Below are positions 43,074 through 53,288 of a stretch of 64,000 bases of DNA, in pieces. Positions within the stretch are counted from its first letter, which is position 1. Every line of letters starts with the position of its first letter. The notes under the pieces were generated by a model. It saw nothing but the letters and a program-made list of their open reading frames with translations. It made no database searches and was not told the origin of the DNA. Source of the stretch: Clostridia bacterium (GTDB lineage Bacteria > Bacillota > Clostridia > Christensenellales > Aristaeellaceae); NCBI GenBank assembly GCA_045598325.1, contig JAZLLT010000050.1:493-64492 (forward strand), in the 5' to 3' direction. The position numbers and the translations under genes were made by a program.

Positions 43074-44285
43074 TTACTTGTCTTTTTCTTCCAGTTTGCA
43101 GGTGCGGGTCATGGCGACTGAGGTCGCGACATCGCCCAGAACATTGACGCAGGTTGCGCCCATGTCGGCGAGAGTGTTGACGGAAATGTAGAGGGTCATG
43201 ATGCCGGGATTCAGACCGACCATGGCGCTCAGAGCCGCGAAGGAAGCGATGGCACCGCCGGGCACACCGGGCGTGCCGATGGACAGGAGGGTGTTCGCCA
43301 GCATGACGACGACCATACCGCCGATGTTGATGGGCGTTCCGGTGGCGTTGCAGAAGTAAACGATCATGAAACTCATCAGGATGGATACGGCGTCCATATT
43401 GATGGTGGCGCCCAGAGGAATCGCCAGAGAGGAGATCTCACCGGGCACTTCCATATCGTCGCAGCACTTCTTGGAAATCGGGATGGTGGCATTGGAAGAG
43501 CAGGTGCCGAAAGCGTTGAGTGCGGCGGGCGCGACCAGTTTCCAGAACTTGCGGAAGGAGAAACGGCCGATGCCCTTGACGACGCCCAGACCGTACACAA
43601 CGACCGCGTACAGGATATAGACGATGTAGATGATCAGCATGACCATGCCGACGCTCAGGATGGTGTCGACACCGTTGCTGTGCACCACATTGGCGATGGA
43701 TACGAATACGCCGATGGGAGTGACATACATGACGAGCTGCACGATTTTGATGCAGATATCATTGAGGGAGCGGCAGAAATTGACGAAGGGCTCGCTCTTC
43801 TTGCCGAGGATCAGGCACACGATGCCGACGATCAGGGAGAAGACCAGCACCTGCAGCATGTTGCCTTCGGCAAAAGCCTTGACGGGGTTCGAGGGGATCA
43901 GGCCTTTCAGGGTGTCCAGAAGGCTGCCGAACTTGGTGGCTTCCACCGATGCTTCCTGCATGGTGATTTCCACACCCTTGCCGACGCCGAGGATCACGGG
44001 CAGGAAAATGCCCAGCAGAGACGCAAACAGCGTAGTGCCGATAAAGTAAAGCAGGGTCTGACCGCCGATCTTGCCGGTCTTGGAGATGGAGCCGATGTCC
44101 ATGATGCCGCATACCAGAGAAGCGAATACCAAAGGATAGATCATCATGGTCAGCGCGCTCATGTACAGGGAGGAAACCACGCCGAAGGGCGTTTCCAGCC
44201 AGTCGGGCATGATGAATCCGACGACGATGCCCAGCACGAGACCGATCAGGATCCACAAGGTGACATTGAACTTCTTCTTTTGCAT
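43074..44285 (-). CDS. dicarboxylate/amino acid:cation symporter (DAACS family)
   Basis: ORF trimmed to the ATG at 44285 (MQKKKFNVTLWILIGLVLGIVVG...). Multi-TM, with a ...GTPGVPGGAI... motif typical of the family. Confidence 0.8.
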   Translation of the reverse strand: MQKKKFNVTLWILIGLVLGIVVGFIMPDWLETPFGVVSSLYMSALTMMIYPLVFASLVCGIMDIGSISKTGKIGGQTLLYFIGTTLFASLLGIFLPVILGVGKGVEITMQEASVEATKFGSLLDTLKGLIPSNPVKAFAEGNMLQVLVFSLIVGIVCLILGKKSEPFVNFCRSLNDICIKIVQLVMYVTPIGVFVSIANVVHSNGVDTILSVGMVMLIIYIVYILYAVVVYGLGVVKGIGRFSFRKFWKLVAPAALNAFGTCSSNATIPISKKCCDDMEVPGEISSLAIPLGATINMDAVSILMSFMIVYFCNATGTPINIGGMVVVMLANTLLSIGTPGVPGGAIASFAALSAMVGLNPGIMTLYISVNTLADMGATCVNVLGDVATSVAMTRTCKLEEKDK

Positions 44286-44431
44286 AATATGCACCCTTTC
44301 CGCATAATTATTAGCCTTTTCATTATAACCCATCTGGCGCGTTTTGCATAGTGTTTAACAAAATTTCAACACTGCTTTCCATTTTTTGAGTTACAAACCG
44401 CGGATTTTCTCCCGGTTTCCCGAAAATACGG

Positions 44432-44465
44432 ACAGAAAAGCGCCCCGGACCATACCGGGACGCTT
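44432..44465 (-). terminator. intrinsic terminator after the DUF1294 gene
   Basis: Stem AAGCGCCCCGG/CCGGGACGCTT with one mismatch, followed on the minus strand by TTTTCTGT. Confidence 0.5.
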
Positions 44466-44470
44466 CCTTA

Positions 44471-44755
44471 TTACATGAATGCGCGGCAGAACAGATATGC
44501 ACCGAGTGCGATCTGCATCACGAGGAATGCGGGAACGGGAATGGTGAACTGCTTATGCTGCGTCTTGTGGCGGAACTTCTTCATCGCAAACAATGCGCCG
44601 GGCGCGCCGAAAAGAAATGCCGTCAGAAGGAGCGTACGCTCGCTTATGCGCCAGGCACCCTTTTTCGCTTTGTGCTTGTCCGCTCCGTAGAGGATCACCG
44701 CCGCGATGCTCATCACCGCTTCAACGATCAGGAACGCGTAAAAAACCGTCTTCAT
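44471..44755 (-). CDS. DUF1294-family small membrane protein
   Basis: 94 aa. YGADKHKAKKGAWRISERTLLLTAFLFGAPGALFAMKKFRHKT matches the DUF1294 pattern. Confidence 0.75.
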   Translation of the reverse strand: MKTVFYAFLIVEAVMSIAAVILYGADKHKAKKGAWRISERTLLLTAFLFGAPGALFAMKKFRHKTQHKQFTIPVPAFLVMQIALGAYLFCRAFM

Positions 44756-44764
44756 GCCGCCTCC

Positions 44765-45901
44765 TCAAATTCCGATGGAAATGCCGTTGACCGTAACTCC
44801 GTCATCCGCGGGGATCAGGATGTACTTGACGCCGTCGATGACGCGGGTCTCTATGAGGGATGCCTGCTTCGGGCTCACCTTCACGGTGACATCCGCGGTC
44901 TTCAATTCGAACTGCTTATCGTCCGTCACGCGGGCAAGCGGCAGTTCCGCGCCCTGACCGAATTCCTCCTCGAACTTTTGACGGAAGGTATCCGCGCGGT
45001 CATCGGAAACGCCGCTGCGCACCAGCATCTCGCTGATTTCCCTGCCGCCGATGATGGCGGGATCGCTGTTCTTGTCCTTTTTGTTCTCTTCCAGTTTTTC
45101 GATGAGCTGCTCGTTGACGCTCTGCACCACATCGAGGCTGCACTCGTCTTCCAGCGCGTCCATCAGCACCGCCTTGAACGCTTCCTTGCTTTCCAGAGGC
45201 GTTGCTTCCTCTGTGGCGTTCAGGGACGCAGTCATGAAGTCGCTGTGATCTTCGCCGATATCGCGGCTGTAGAACAGCGCCTGGGAGATGTTCGCCGCGC
45301 CGTCTTCGAGGGTCGGGAACATGAAGCCCATGGTGGGCGCGCTCACGAGCCAGTCTCCGTCGCGGGTGATGAAGTCGTTTTCGGTTCCGTCATAGCAGAA
45401 GGTGGGTTTCCCCTGCTTCACGGGACACACGGCGCAGATGATGTATTTGAGGATGTTCGCGGGCATCTCGCTGTCGATACTGCCTTCATCCCCGTGGGTG
45501 TTGTAATAGTCGAGGTCGTAGGTGTCGTGCATGAGGAGGATGAGATAATTCTCATCGAATTTCGTCTGCTCGAGTACCGTGCTCATGAACTCGGTGAGCG
45601 CCTCGCCGTCTTCAAGGGCGGTCGAGGTGAGCCGCATGAGCCGCTCGTGGGTCTGACCTTCCATCACCTCGGTCACGGGGAACTTGATGAGAGAAAGGTT
45701 CCGTCCGAAGTCACCCGACAGCACGCGCTTGAAAATCTGGGTGTACTTGTCGCATTCGGTTTGGGTGAGCGACATGAGATCGCGGGAGATTTCGCTGATG
45801 ACGGCCTTTTTGCCGTTCACATACCAGCCGCGGATCACGATGGGATTGCGCCCGTCCGGAGACAGGCGTCGTTTGATTTTCGCTATTTCGGTTTTGTTCA
45901 T
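44765..45901 (-). CDS. hypothetical protein (recalled as DUF4317-like)
   Basis: 378 aa ORF. The N-terminus is MNKTEIAKIKRRLSPDG.... The family assignment is from memory only. Confidence 0.6.
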   Translation of the reverse strand: MNKTEIAKIKRRLSPDGRNPIVIRGWYVNGKKAVISEISRDLMSLTQTECDKYTQIFKRVLSGDFGRNLSLIKFPVTEVMEGQTHERLMRLTSTALEDGEALTEFMSTVLEQTKFDENYLILLMHDTYDLDYYNTHGDEGSIDSEMPANILKYIICAVCPVKQGKPTFCYDGTENDFITRDGDWLVSAPTMGFMFPTLEDGAANISQALFYSRDIGEDHSDFMTASLNATEEATPLESKEAFKAVLMDALEDECSLDVVQSVNEQLIEKLEENKKDKNSDPAIIGGREISEMLVRSGVSDDRADTFRQKFEEEFGQGAELPLARVTDDKQFELKTADVTVKVSPKQASLIETRVIDGVKYILIPADDGVTVNGISIGI

Positions 45902-45913
45902 TTGTGCCTCTGT

Positions 45914-47071
45914 TTATTTTTCATTGATGAGCGCCGCTTCCATGGCGCATCCGTAGAGCATCGCCCGTTCATCGGGCAGGAATTTTTCGCTGTGCAGCGG
46001 CGCGCAGGGATGATCCTTGTCGCTCGCGCAGCCCACATGGAAGAACGCGCCGGGAACACGGTCAAGGAAGGAAGAAAAATCCTCCGCGCCCATGGAGGGA
46101 GCGTCTTTGATGAGGGTGTTTCCGGGACCGGCTATCTGAGAGGCGAGGTCGAGGACGCGTTTCGCGTGGGCGGGATCGTTGACAAGGGCGCTGTAACCGC
46201 GCTTGATCTCGCAGTCGATTTTGCAGCCCATGGCCTTCCCCGTGCCCTCGCAGATGTCCGTGATGCGGTTCACGATGCGGGTGCGCAGGGCTTCATCCGC
46301 CGTGCGCAGGGTACCCTTCATGGTCACCTTGTCGCAGAGGATGTTGTCCGCCTTGCCGCCTTCGATTTTACCGATGGTGATGACCGCGTTTTCGAGGGGC
46401 GAAACCGTGCGCGCGACGACGCTCTGCAGCGCCGTGATCAATTGCGCGGCGCATACGATGGCATCCACGCCGTTTTCGGGATAGGCGCCGTGGGAAGAGA
46501 CGCCGTGCACCGTGAAGGTGAGTCCGTCCGTTCCGGCGTTCAGGGTGAGCGGTCTGGTCTCGATCTGTCCGACGGTCAGGCGCGGCATCACATGCATGCC
46601 GTAGACGCGGGACGCGCCCGCCTTTTCCATCATGCCGCTCTCCGCCATCATCTTCGCGCCGCCGATGGTCTCCTCCGCAGGCTCGAACATGAACAGCGCT
46701 CCGCCCTCAAAAGAAGGAAGATTTTTAAGCAGCCGCGCCGTACCCAGCATGACCGCGGTGTGCATGTCATGCCCACAGGCGTGCATCCAGCCTTCATGGG
46801 TGCTGCGGAACGGCAGTCCCTCCGGCTCCGTGACGGGCAGAGCGTCGATGTCTCCGCGGATGGCGGTGACGGTCCCTTCCCCGCCCTTCACGAAAGCGGT
46901 GATCCAGCCCTTTTCGCTTTCCTCAAACGGAACGCCGATCTCGGTCAGTTTCTCTTTGATGAGCGCGCGGGTCTTGTATTCCTTGAGTCCCTCTTCGGGG
47001 ATCTTGTGCAGCGCGCGGCGGACATCGACCATCCAGTCGTACTGCTGACGCGCAAGGCTCAGATAATCCAT
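45914..47071 (-). CDS. M20-family amidohydrolase (aminoacylase/hippurate-hydrolase type)
   Basis: 385 aa. ALHKIPEEGLKEYKT...HACGHDMHTAVMLG.... Confidence 0.8.
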   Translation of the reverse strand: MDYLSLARQQYDWMVDVRRALHKIPEEGLKEYKTRALIKEKLTEIGVPFEESEKGWITAFVKGGEGTVTAIRGDIDALPVTEPEGLPFRSTHEGWMHACGHDMHTAVMLGTARLLKNLPSFEGGALFMFEPAEETIGGAKMMAESGMMEKAGASRVYGMHVMPRLTVGQIETRPLTLNAGTDGLTFTVHGVSSHGAYPENGVDAIVCAAQLITALQSVVARTVSPLENAVITIGKIEGGKADNILCDKVTMKGTLRTADEALRTRIVNRITDICEGTGKAMGCKIDCEIKRGYSALVNDPAHAKRVLDLASQIAGPGNTLIKDAPSMGAEDFSSFLDRVPGAFFHVGCASDKDHPCAPLHSEKFLPDERAMLYGCAMEAALINEK

Positions 47072-47072
47072 C

Positions 47073-48107
47073 TTATTTCTCCATGAGTTCGGTGAGCATC
47101 AGGAAGGTGATGCCCTGACCATAGGCGGTGGGCGTCACGGAGATGTCCTTGTAGTGCTGCAGGGTCGCGCCCATGCCGGTGCCGTTGCTGACCTGCTGCA
47201 CGGTGCCGTCCTCGTCGATACGGGCGATGACGGCCTCGGCGGCGTGCTTGCCCATGTCAACATACTTTTCGTTGAGATAGCCCTTGCGGATGCCCTTCAT
47301 GACACCGTAGGCGATGCCCGCGGTGGCGGAGGTTTCAAGATAACTCTCCTCCACATCCACGAGAGTGGTGTACATGCCGTTTTCTCTCTGCAGTTTCCAA
47401 AGTGCTTCCACCTGATCCTGAAGTCCCGCGATGATGAAGCGGGCGGCGGCGCTGTCTTCTCCGATCATCTCGAGCAGTTCCACGCTCGCCATGGTGAACC
47501 ACGCGTTTCCGCGTCCCCAGTGGGCTTCGGCGAAGTTGTGGCGGCGGTCAAAGGTCCAGCCGTGGCACCACAGACCCGTCACCTTGTCCTGCAGATACTT
47601 CATGTGGATGAGGAACTGGTACTTGGCTTCCTCGACCCAGTCAGGCTTGTCCAGCACAAGACCCGCTTTGGCAAGGAACAGAACACTCATGAACAGGGTG
47701 TCATCCCAGAGTTGCTGATAGTGGCGGTTCCATACAGTGCAGTGCTGAAGCCCGCCGAACTCGGTACGGGGCATTTCGTTCATGACCCACTCGCCCCAGG
47801 AAAGGATATACGGCAGATAGGTCAGGTTCTTCGTCTCCTCATACATGCAGGTGAGTGCCAGCATGGGAGCGACGGTGTTCACATTTCTGTGAGGCGCTTC
47901 GAGGGTGAAGCGGTGGGCATACCAGTCCTCCAGGTACTTTAGAATGGATTTGTCCCGGGTCTGCTTGTAGGTCTTCCAAATGCCGTACAGGGCGACGCCC
48001 GTAGGCCATTCCCAGTTATCCATGGTGAGATGTCCGTGGCTCACATCCTCGGTATCGGGCTTCTGAAGCATGCCGAGAACCTTGTCCGCCAATGCCTTGT
48101 AATCCAT
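47073..48107 (-). CDS. GH105/GH88-type unsaturated rhamnogalacturonyl/glucuronyl hydrolase
   Basis: 344 aa. WEWPTGVALYGIWKTY...WGRGNAWF.... Confidence 0.75.
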   Translation of the reverse strand: MDYKALADKVLGMLQKPDTEDVSHGHLTMDNWEWPTGVALYGIWKTYKQTRDKSILKYLEDWYAHRFTLEAPHRNVNTVAPMLALTCMYEETKNLTYLPYILSWGEWVMNEMPRTEFGGLQHCTVWNRHYQQLWDDTLFMSVLFLAKAGLVLDKPDWVEEAKYQFLIHMKYLQDKVTGLWCHGWTFDRRHNFAEAHWGRGNAWFTMASVELLEMIGEDSAAARFIIAGLQDQVEALWKLQRENGMYTTLVDVEESYLETSATAGIAYGVMKGIRKGYLNEKYVDMGKHAAEAVIARIDEDGTVQQVSNGTGMGATLQHYKDISVTPTAYGQGITFLMLTELMEK

Positions 48108-48162
48108 ACCGTACCTCCTGTACTGTTATATAAGTACGGCGGGAGAACCCCCGCCGCCTGCT

Positions 48163-49674
48163 TTATTCCGCATCAAACAGCGTCTTGTTGGCCGCGTAGA
48201 TCATCTTGTACTTCGCGTATGCCTTGCGGTAGGCATCGCGGGTCTCAAGGGACGGAGTGTAAAACTTCTCATCCTCTTTGAGGACCTTGATGGCCTCATC
48301 GAAATTCTTCCAGATGCCCGCGCCGACACCCGCCGCCAGAACAGCGCCGTACGCGCCGCCCTCTTTGGCCGCGGACATGGTGTATACGGGGATCTCGAAG
48401 ATATCTGCCGCCATCTGCTTCCACAGTTCGCTGGCCGCTCCGCCGCCGGAAAGGTAGATCTTCCTGGGAGAAGGCATGAGTTCCACGACCTGCTTGAGCG
48501 AGAAGGTGACGCCCTCCATGACCGCGCGGGTCATTTCGGCGCGGGTGGTGCCGAGGGACAGACCGTAGAAGATGCCGCGGGCGTTGGGATCCGGATAGGG
48601 GCACCGTTCGCCGGTCAGATAGGGCGCGAAGAGCACGCCGTTGCTGCCTGCGGGGACCTGCTCCGCCTTCTCATCGAGGAGGGCGTAGATATTCTTGCCG
48701 CTCGCGTCGGCTTCCGCCTTGTCTTCGCCGCAGAGAGTTTTGGTGAACCAGGAAAGGGCACCGCCCGCAGTCAGAGTGCAGCCGAAGCAATGCCACATGC
48801 CGGGCGCGTTGTTGCAGAACATCTGCAGTTTGCCTTCGGGATTTTCGGTGTAGCCGTCAAGCGCCATGGATACATTTCCGCTGGTCCCGATGACCACACC
48901 CAGCACGCCGCTCTCCACGAGGCCGGTGCCGGTGGTCTGGATGACCGCGTCGCCGCCGCCCGCGTATACATTCATGCCGGGCAGAAGGCCGGTTTCCGCG
49001 GCTGCTTCTTCGGTGACGGTTCCGGCGAGGTCGATGCTCTCGAGGGTCTCAGGGAAAATGCCGAAGTCGAGCCCGGCTTTTTCGATGAGTTCTTTGCTCC
49101 ACTTGCGGTCCTTGGTGTTCATAAATCCGGTACCCGCGCCGTCGCTCATGTCGATGGCGATCTTGCCGGTGAGTTTGAAGCGGATGAAATCCTTGGGGCA
49201 GAAGAACACCTTCATTTTGGCATAGTTCTCGGGTTCTTCTTCCTTGAGCCAGAGGATCTTGCCTCCGGTATAGCCGGTCAGCATGCGGTTATTGGTGTAG
49301 GAGAGGAGTCCATTGAGTCCGCCCGCAGCCTCGGTAATCTCGTCGCACTGCTTCTGGGTGCGCTGGTCGCACCACAGGATGGCGGGACGGATGACCTTGT
49401 TGTCCTTGTCAAGGGCGACAAGACCGTGCATCTGACCGGAGAAGGAGATGCCGGCTACATCCTTGTAGTCCACATGATACTTTCTGTCAAGGGCTTTGAG
49501 TCCGTTCTTGACCGCAATCCACCAGTCTTCGGGATCCTGCTCCGCCCAGCCGGGACGGGGCGTATACAGCGGATACTCCTGCAGAGAAGAAGCGAGGACT
49601 TTGCCCTGATCATCGCACAGCAGGCACTTGGTGCCGGAGGTGCCGATATCAAGACCGATCAGATACTTACTCAT
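48163..49674 (-). CDS. xylB: FGGY-family carbohydrate kinase, probably xylulokinase
   Basis: 503 aa. LIGLDIGTSGTKCLLCD...PGWAEQDPEDWW.... Confidence 0.75.
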   Translation of the reverse strand: MSKYLIGLDIGTSGTKCLLCDDQGKVLASSLQEYPLYTPRPGWAEQDPEDWWIAVKNGLKALDRKYHVDYKDVAGISFSGQMHGLVALDKDNKVIRPAILWCDQRTQKQCDEITEAAGGLNGLLSYTNNRMLTGYTGGKILWLKEEEPENYAKMKVFFCPKDFIRFKLTGKIAIDMSDGAGTGFMNTKDRKWSKELIEKAGLDFGIFPETLESIDLAGTVTEEAAAETGLLPGMNVYAGGGDAVIQTTGTGLVESGVLGVVIGTSGNVSMALDGYTENPEGKLQMFCNNAPGMWHCFGCTLTAGGALSWFTKTLCGEDKAEADASGKNIYALLDEKAEQVPAGSNGVLFAPYLTGERCPYPDPNARGIFYGLSLGTTRAEMTRAVMEGVTFSLKQVVELMPSPRKIYLSGGGAASELWKQMAADIFEIPVYTMSAAKEGGAYGAVLAAGVGAGIWKNFDEAIKVLKEDEKFYTPSLETRDAYRKAYAKYKMIYAANKTLFDAE

Positions 49675-50324
49675 TTTTCTTTCCTCCCGTTTTTGATCTT
49701 ATCGAGAATCATTTTCGATACATTGTTGATTTTGCCCGCGTCCAGTTTGTTCTCTCTGTGGTGGGCAAGGCGCTTGATGTTCTCCCGGTGTCCGTAAAGC
49801 GCCATCGCGCAGAGGATCAGCGAGGACAGCATAAAGGACCACGGGCCCGTGAACAGGGAAATGATGAACAGCAAGCAGGCGGTGATGATGGAGGCAAGGG
49901 ACATATAGCCCGAAATCAGCACCACGATGATCTGGATGATGAGCAGCGCAACAGCGACGCCCCAGTTGGCAATCACCAGATAGCCGAAGGAGGTGGACAT
50001 GCCTTTGCCGCCCTTGAATTTGAAATAGATGCTCCAGTTATGGCCGATGACGGCGCAGACGCCGCCGATGTGCAGACCCGCTTCTCCGGCGATCAAAGAG
50101 CCGAGCCACGCGGCGAGCACGCCCTTGAGCGCGTCACCGATGAAAGTGAGCGCGCCGGGGAGCCAGCCCAGCGTGCGCATGAGATTGGTCATGCCCACAT
50201 TGCCGCTGCCCTGCTTGCGGATATCCACATTGCCGAAAGATCTGGCAACGAATACGCCCGTGGAAAAGGAGCCGAAAAGATAGCCGATGACGGCGCTTGC
50301 GAGGATTTTAAGTACCGTGATCAT
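49671..50324 (-). CDS. plsY: glycerol-3-phosphate acyltransferase PlsY
   Basis: 217 aa. GYLFGSFSTGVFVARSFGNVDIRKQGSGNVGMTN.... Confidence 0.9.
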   Translation of the reverse strand: MITVLKILASAVIGYLFGSFSTGVFVARSFGNVDIRKQGSGNVGMTNLMRTLGWLPGALTFIGDALKGVLAAWLGSLIAGEAGLHIGGVCAVIGHNWSIYFKFKGGKGMSTSFGYLVIANWGVAVALLIIQIIVVLISGYMSLASIITACLLFIISLFTGPWSFMLSSLILCAMALYGHRENIKRLAHHRENKLDAGKINNVSKMILDKIKNGRKEK

Positions 50325-51652
50325 TGCTCCTGCTTCTCCTTTTCGTGCATGATGAAACGCAGAGGCGTGCCCTCAAAGCCGAATGCCTGACGGAAACGGT
50401 TTTCGAGATAGCGCTCGTAGGAAAAGTGCATGAGTTCCTTGTCGTTGATAAAGAACACGAAAGTGGGCGGGTTGGTGCCCTGCTGGGTTGCGTAATAGAT
50501 GCGCAGGCGGCGTCCGTTGGTGGCGGGCGGCTGCAGAGCATTCTGCGCGTCGGTCAGGATGTCATTGAGCAGACCCGTGGTGATGCGGCGGGAAGCCTGC
50601 TCATAGACGGATTTCACCATGGTGAGGATGCGGTTGACCCGCTGACCGGTGAGAGCGGAAATGAACACGACGGGCGCGTATTCCATGAATTTCAGTTTCT
50701 CGCGGATCTCTTTGGTGAACTTTTCGGTGCTGCCGGTTTCCTTGTTCGCGATGGCATCCCACTTGTTGACCACGATGACGGCGGGCTTGCCCTGCTCGTC
50801 GATGTAGCCGGCGATCTTGGTATCCTGCTCGGAAACGCCCTCTTTGGCGTCGATGAGCAGACGCGCCACATCGCAGCGGTCCAGCGCGGCGAAAGAGCGC
50901 ACAACGGAGAAACGCTCGAGGGACTGGTATTCGATGGCGCGCCTGCGGCGGATGCCCGCGGTGTCGATGATGATGTACTCGTCATCGCCGTCCTTGAAGC
51001 GGGTGTCGATGGCGTCGCGGGTGGTGCCCGCGATGTCGCTGACCATCACGCGGTCCTCGCCCAGGATGCGGTTGACCAGAGAGGATTTGCCCACATTGGG
51101 CTTTCCGACCACGGCGATGGAAACAGCCGTTTTCTCCTCTTCGGCTTCCTCTTCGGGCGGGAAATGGCTCACCACTTCGTCCAGCAGGTCGCCCAGATTC
51201 AGCATATTGATGGAACTGACGCCGATGGGATCGCCCACGCCCAACTGATAGAAGTCGTAAATCTCATTCATCATCTTGATGTTGTCGATTTTGTTGACCA
51301 CCAGGATAACGGGTTTGCCGGAGCGGCGCAGCATATCGGCGACGGTTTCATCGTCCGCAGTGAGACCCATCTTGCCGTCCACGAAAAAGAGGATAACATC
51401 GCAGGTCTCCACGGCGATCTCCGCCTGACGGCGCATCTGACGCAGCAGCGGATCGTCGCTGTGGGGATCGATGCCGCCCGTGTCGATCAGGGTAAATTTG
51501 TGGTTCAGCCATTCACAGTCGGCATAGACGCGGTCGCGGGTGACACCGGGTGTGTCCTCCACGATGGCGATGCGCTTGCCGGACATTTTGTTGAAAAAAG
51601 TGGATTTGCCCACATTGGGGCGTCCCACAATTGCTACCAGAGGTCTTGCCAT
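50321..51652 (-). CDS. der: ribosome-biogenesis GTPase Der (EngA), tandem GTPase domains
   Basis: ORF trimmed to the ATG at 51652 (MARPLVAIVGRPNVGKSTFFN). The second G domain has VVGKPNVGKSS, and a KH-like C-terminus follows. Confidence 0.9.
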   Translation of the reverse strand: MARPLVAIVGRPNVGKSTFFNKMSGKRIAIVEDTPGVTRDRVYADCEWLNHKFTLIDTGGIDPHSDDPLLRQMRRQAEIAVETCDVILFFVDGKMGLTADDETVADMLRRSGKPVILVVNKIDNIKMMNEIYDFYQLGVGDPIGVSSINMLNLGDLLDEVVSHFPPEEEAEEEKTAVSIAVVGKPNVGKSSLVNRILGEDRVMVSDIAGTTRDAIDTRFKDGDDEYIIIDTAGIRRRRAIEYQSLERFSVVRSFAALDRCDVARLLIDAKEGVSEQDTKIAGYIDEQGKPAVIVVNKWDAIANKETGSTEKFTKEIREKLKFMEYAPVVFISALTGQRVNRILTMVKSVYEQASRRITTGLLNDILTDAQNALQPPATNGRRLRIYYATQQGTNPPTFVFFINDKELMHFSYERYLENRFRQAFGFEGTPLRFIMHEKEKQEQ

Positions 51653-51851
51653 AGGTACACTATTCTCCAATTTATAATTTGCTTATATTGTACTTGATTG
51701 ACGGCATTTTTTCAAGTATATATTTGTTGAATTTTGCGTGGGAAATCTTGACATCTGCCCGCATAAGTGGTATCTTTACCCTATGCACGGACAAAAATAT
51801 GCCGCAACTTTGTCCGCTTGTGAAGCCGGCTTTGCGGAGCCACGGTGCAAT

Positions 51852-53252
51852 ATGAAACAGTTCATGGATGATGATTTCCTACTTTCCACCCCTACTGCCG
51901 TCAAACTGTATCATGAGTATGCCGAGTGCATGCCCATCATCGATTATCACTGCCATCTGAATCCCAAAGAGATCGCCGAAAACAAGCCGTTCCGCAATGT
52001 GACCGAGTTATTTTTGGGCGGTGACCACTACAAGTGGCGCTTCATGGCGACCATGGGCGTGGATGACAAATTCATCCGCGGCGACGGCGACGATTATGAT
52101 AAGTTCCTCGCCTACGCCAAGTGCATCTCCGTTGCCATCGGCAATCCCCTCTATCACTGGACTCACCTCGAACTCAAGCGCGTTTTCGGCATCACCGAGA
52201 CCCTGAACGAGGACACCGCGCCCGCCATCTGGGAAAAGTGCAACGCGCTGCTGGCGACGCCTGAATTCCTTCCCCGCAACCTCATCAAGAAGTTCAATGT
52301 GAAGGTCGTCTGCACCACCGACGATCCCGCCGACAGCATGGAATACCACGCCCGGCTCAAAAAAGAGGGCTTCGAGGTAAAGGTGCTGCCCACCTACCGC
52401 CCCGACAAGGCCGTGAAGATTAACTTCCCCGGTTTTACCGATTATATTCCAAAACTTGCGAAAGTCGCGGGCATGGAAATCGCGTCCGTCAATGATGTGC
52501 TCGCCGCCCTGCGCGTGCGCGCAGACTTCTTCGCCTCCATCGGCTGCCGTCTGTCCGACCACGATTTTTACTCCGTGCCCTACGCTCCCGCTGATTATGA
52601 CACCGTGAACGCCATCTTTAAAAAGGCCATGAAGGGCGAAGCGGTCTCCCCCGCCGAAGCCGAGCAGTACCGCACCTACCTCATGATCAAACTGGGCTGC
52701 ATGTACGCGGAACTGGGCTGGACCCAGCAGTATCACATGAATGCCCAGCGCAACAATAACACCCCCATTTTCAACAAATACGGCGCCGATGTGGGCTTTG
52801 ACTCCATCAGTGACGAGCCCATTTCCGCCAAACTCAACGCGCTGATGAACGAGCAGGAGAAGGCCGGAAAGCTCCCCCGCACGATCCTCTACACCCTGAA
52901 CCCCGGCGCCAACTATGTGTTGGGCACCACCTGCGGCAACTTCCAGACCGAAGCGGGCATCCCCGGCAAGATCCAGTTCGGCTCCGCCTGGTGGTTCTGC
53001 GATCAGAGAGACGGCATGGAGGAGCAGATGAAGACCCTCGCCGCCCTCGGCTCCCTGTCCTGCTTCGTGGGCATGCTGACCGACAGCCGTTCCTTCGTCT
53101 CCTATCCCCGCCACGAGTACTTCCGCAGGATTCTGTGCGACATCCTCGGCAAGTGGGTGGAGAACGGCGAGTTCCCCATGGACGAGAAAGCGCTCAAGAC
53201 CATCGTGCAGGGCATCTGCTACAATAACGCCCTCAACTACTTCAAATTCTGA
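51852..53252 (+). CDS. uxaC: glucuronate isomerase
   Basis: ORF trimmed to the ATG at 51852 (MKQFMDDDFLLSTPTAVKLYHEYA..PIIDYHCHL). Confidence 0.85.
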   Translation: MKQFMDDDFLLSTPTAVKLYHEYAECMPIIDYHCHLNPKEIAENKPFRNVTELFLGGDHYKWRFMATMGVDDKFIRGDGDDYDKFLAYAKCISVAIGNPLYHWTHLELKRVFGITETLNEDTAPAIWEKCNALLATPEFLPRNLIKKFNVKVVCTTDDPADSMEYHARLKKEGFEVKVLPTYRPDKAVKINFPGFTDYIPKLAKVAGMEIASVNDVLAALRVRADFFASIGCRLSDHDFYSVPYAPADYDTVNAIFKKAMKGEAVSPAEAEQYRTYLMIKLGCMYAELGWTQQYHMNAQRNNNTPIFNKYGADVGFDSISDEPISAKLNALMNEQEKAGKLPRTILYTLNPGANYVLGTTCGNFQTEAGIPGKIQFGSAWWFCDQRDGMEEQMKTLAALGSLSCFVGMLTDSRSFVSYPRHEYFRRILCDILGKWVENGEFPMDEKALKTIVQGICYNNALNYFKF

Positions 53253-53259
53253 AAAAGGA

Positions 53260-53288
53260 CGGCGCGGTGAAAAGCCGCGCCGGTTTTT
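53260..53288 (+). terminator. terminator-like hairpin between uxaC and the fumarase alpha gene
   Basis: GGCGCGG-tgaaaag-CCGCGCC followed by GGTTTTT. The T-run abuts the ATG at 53289. Confidence 0.5.
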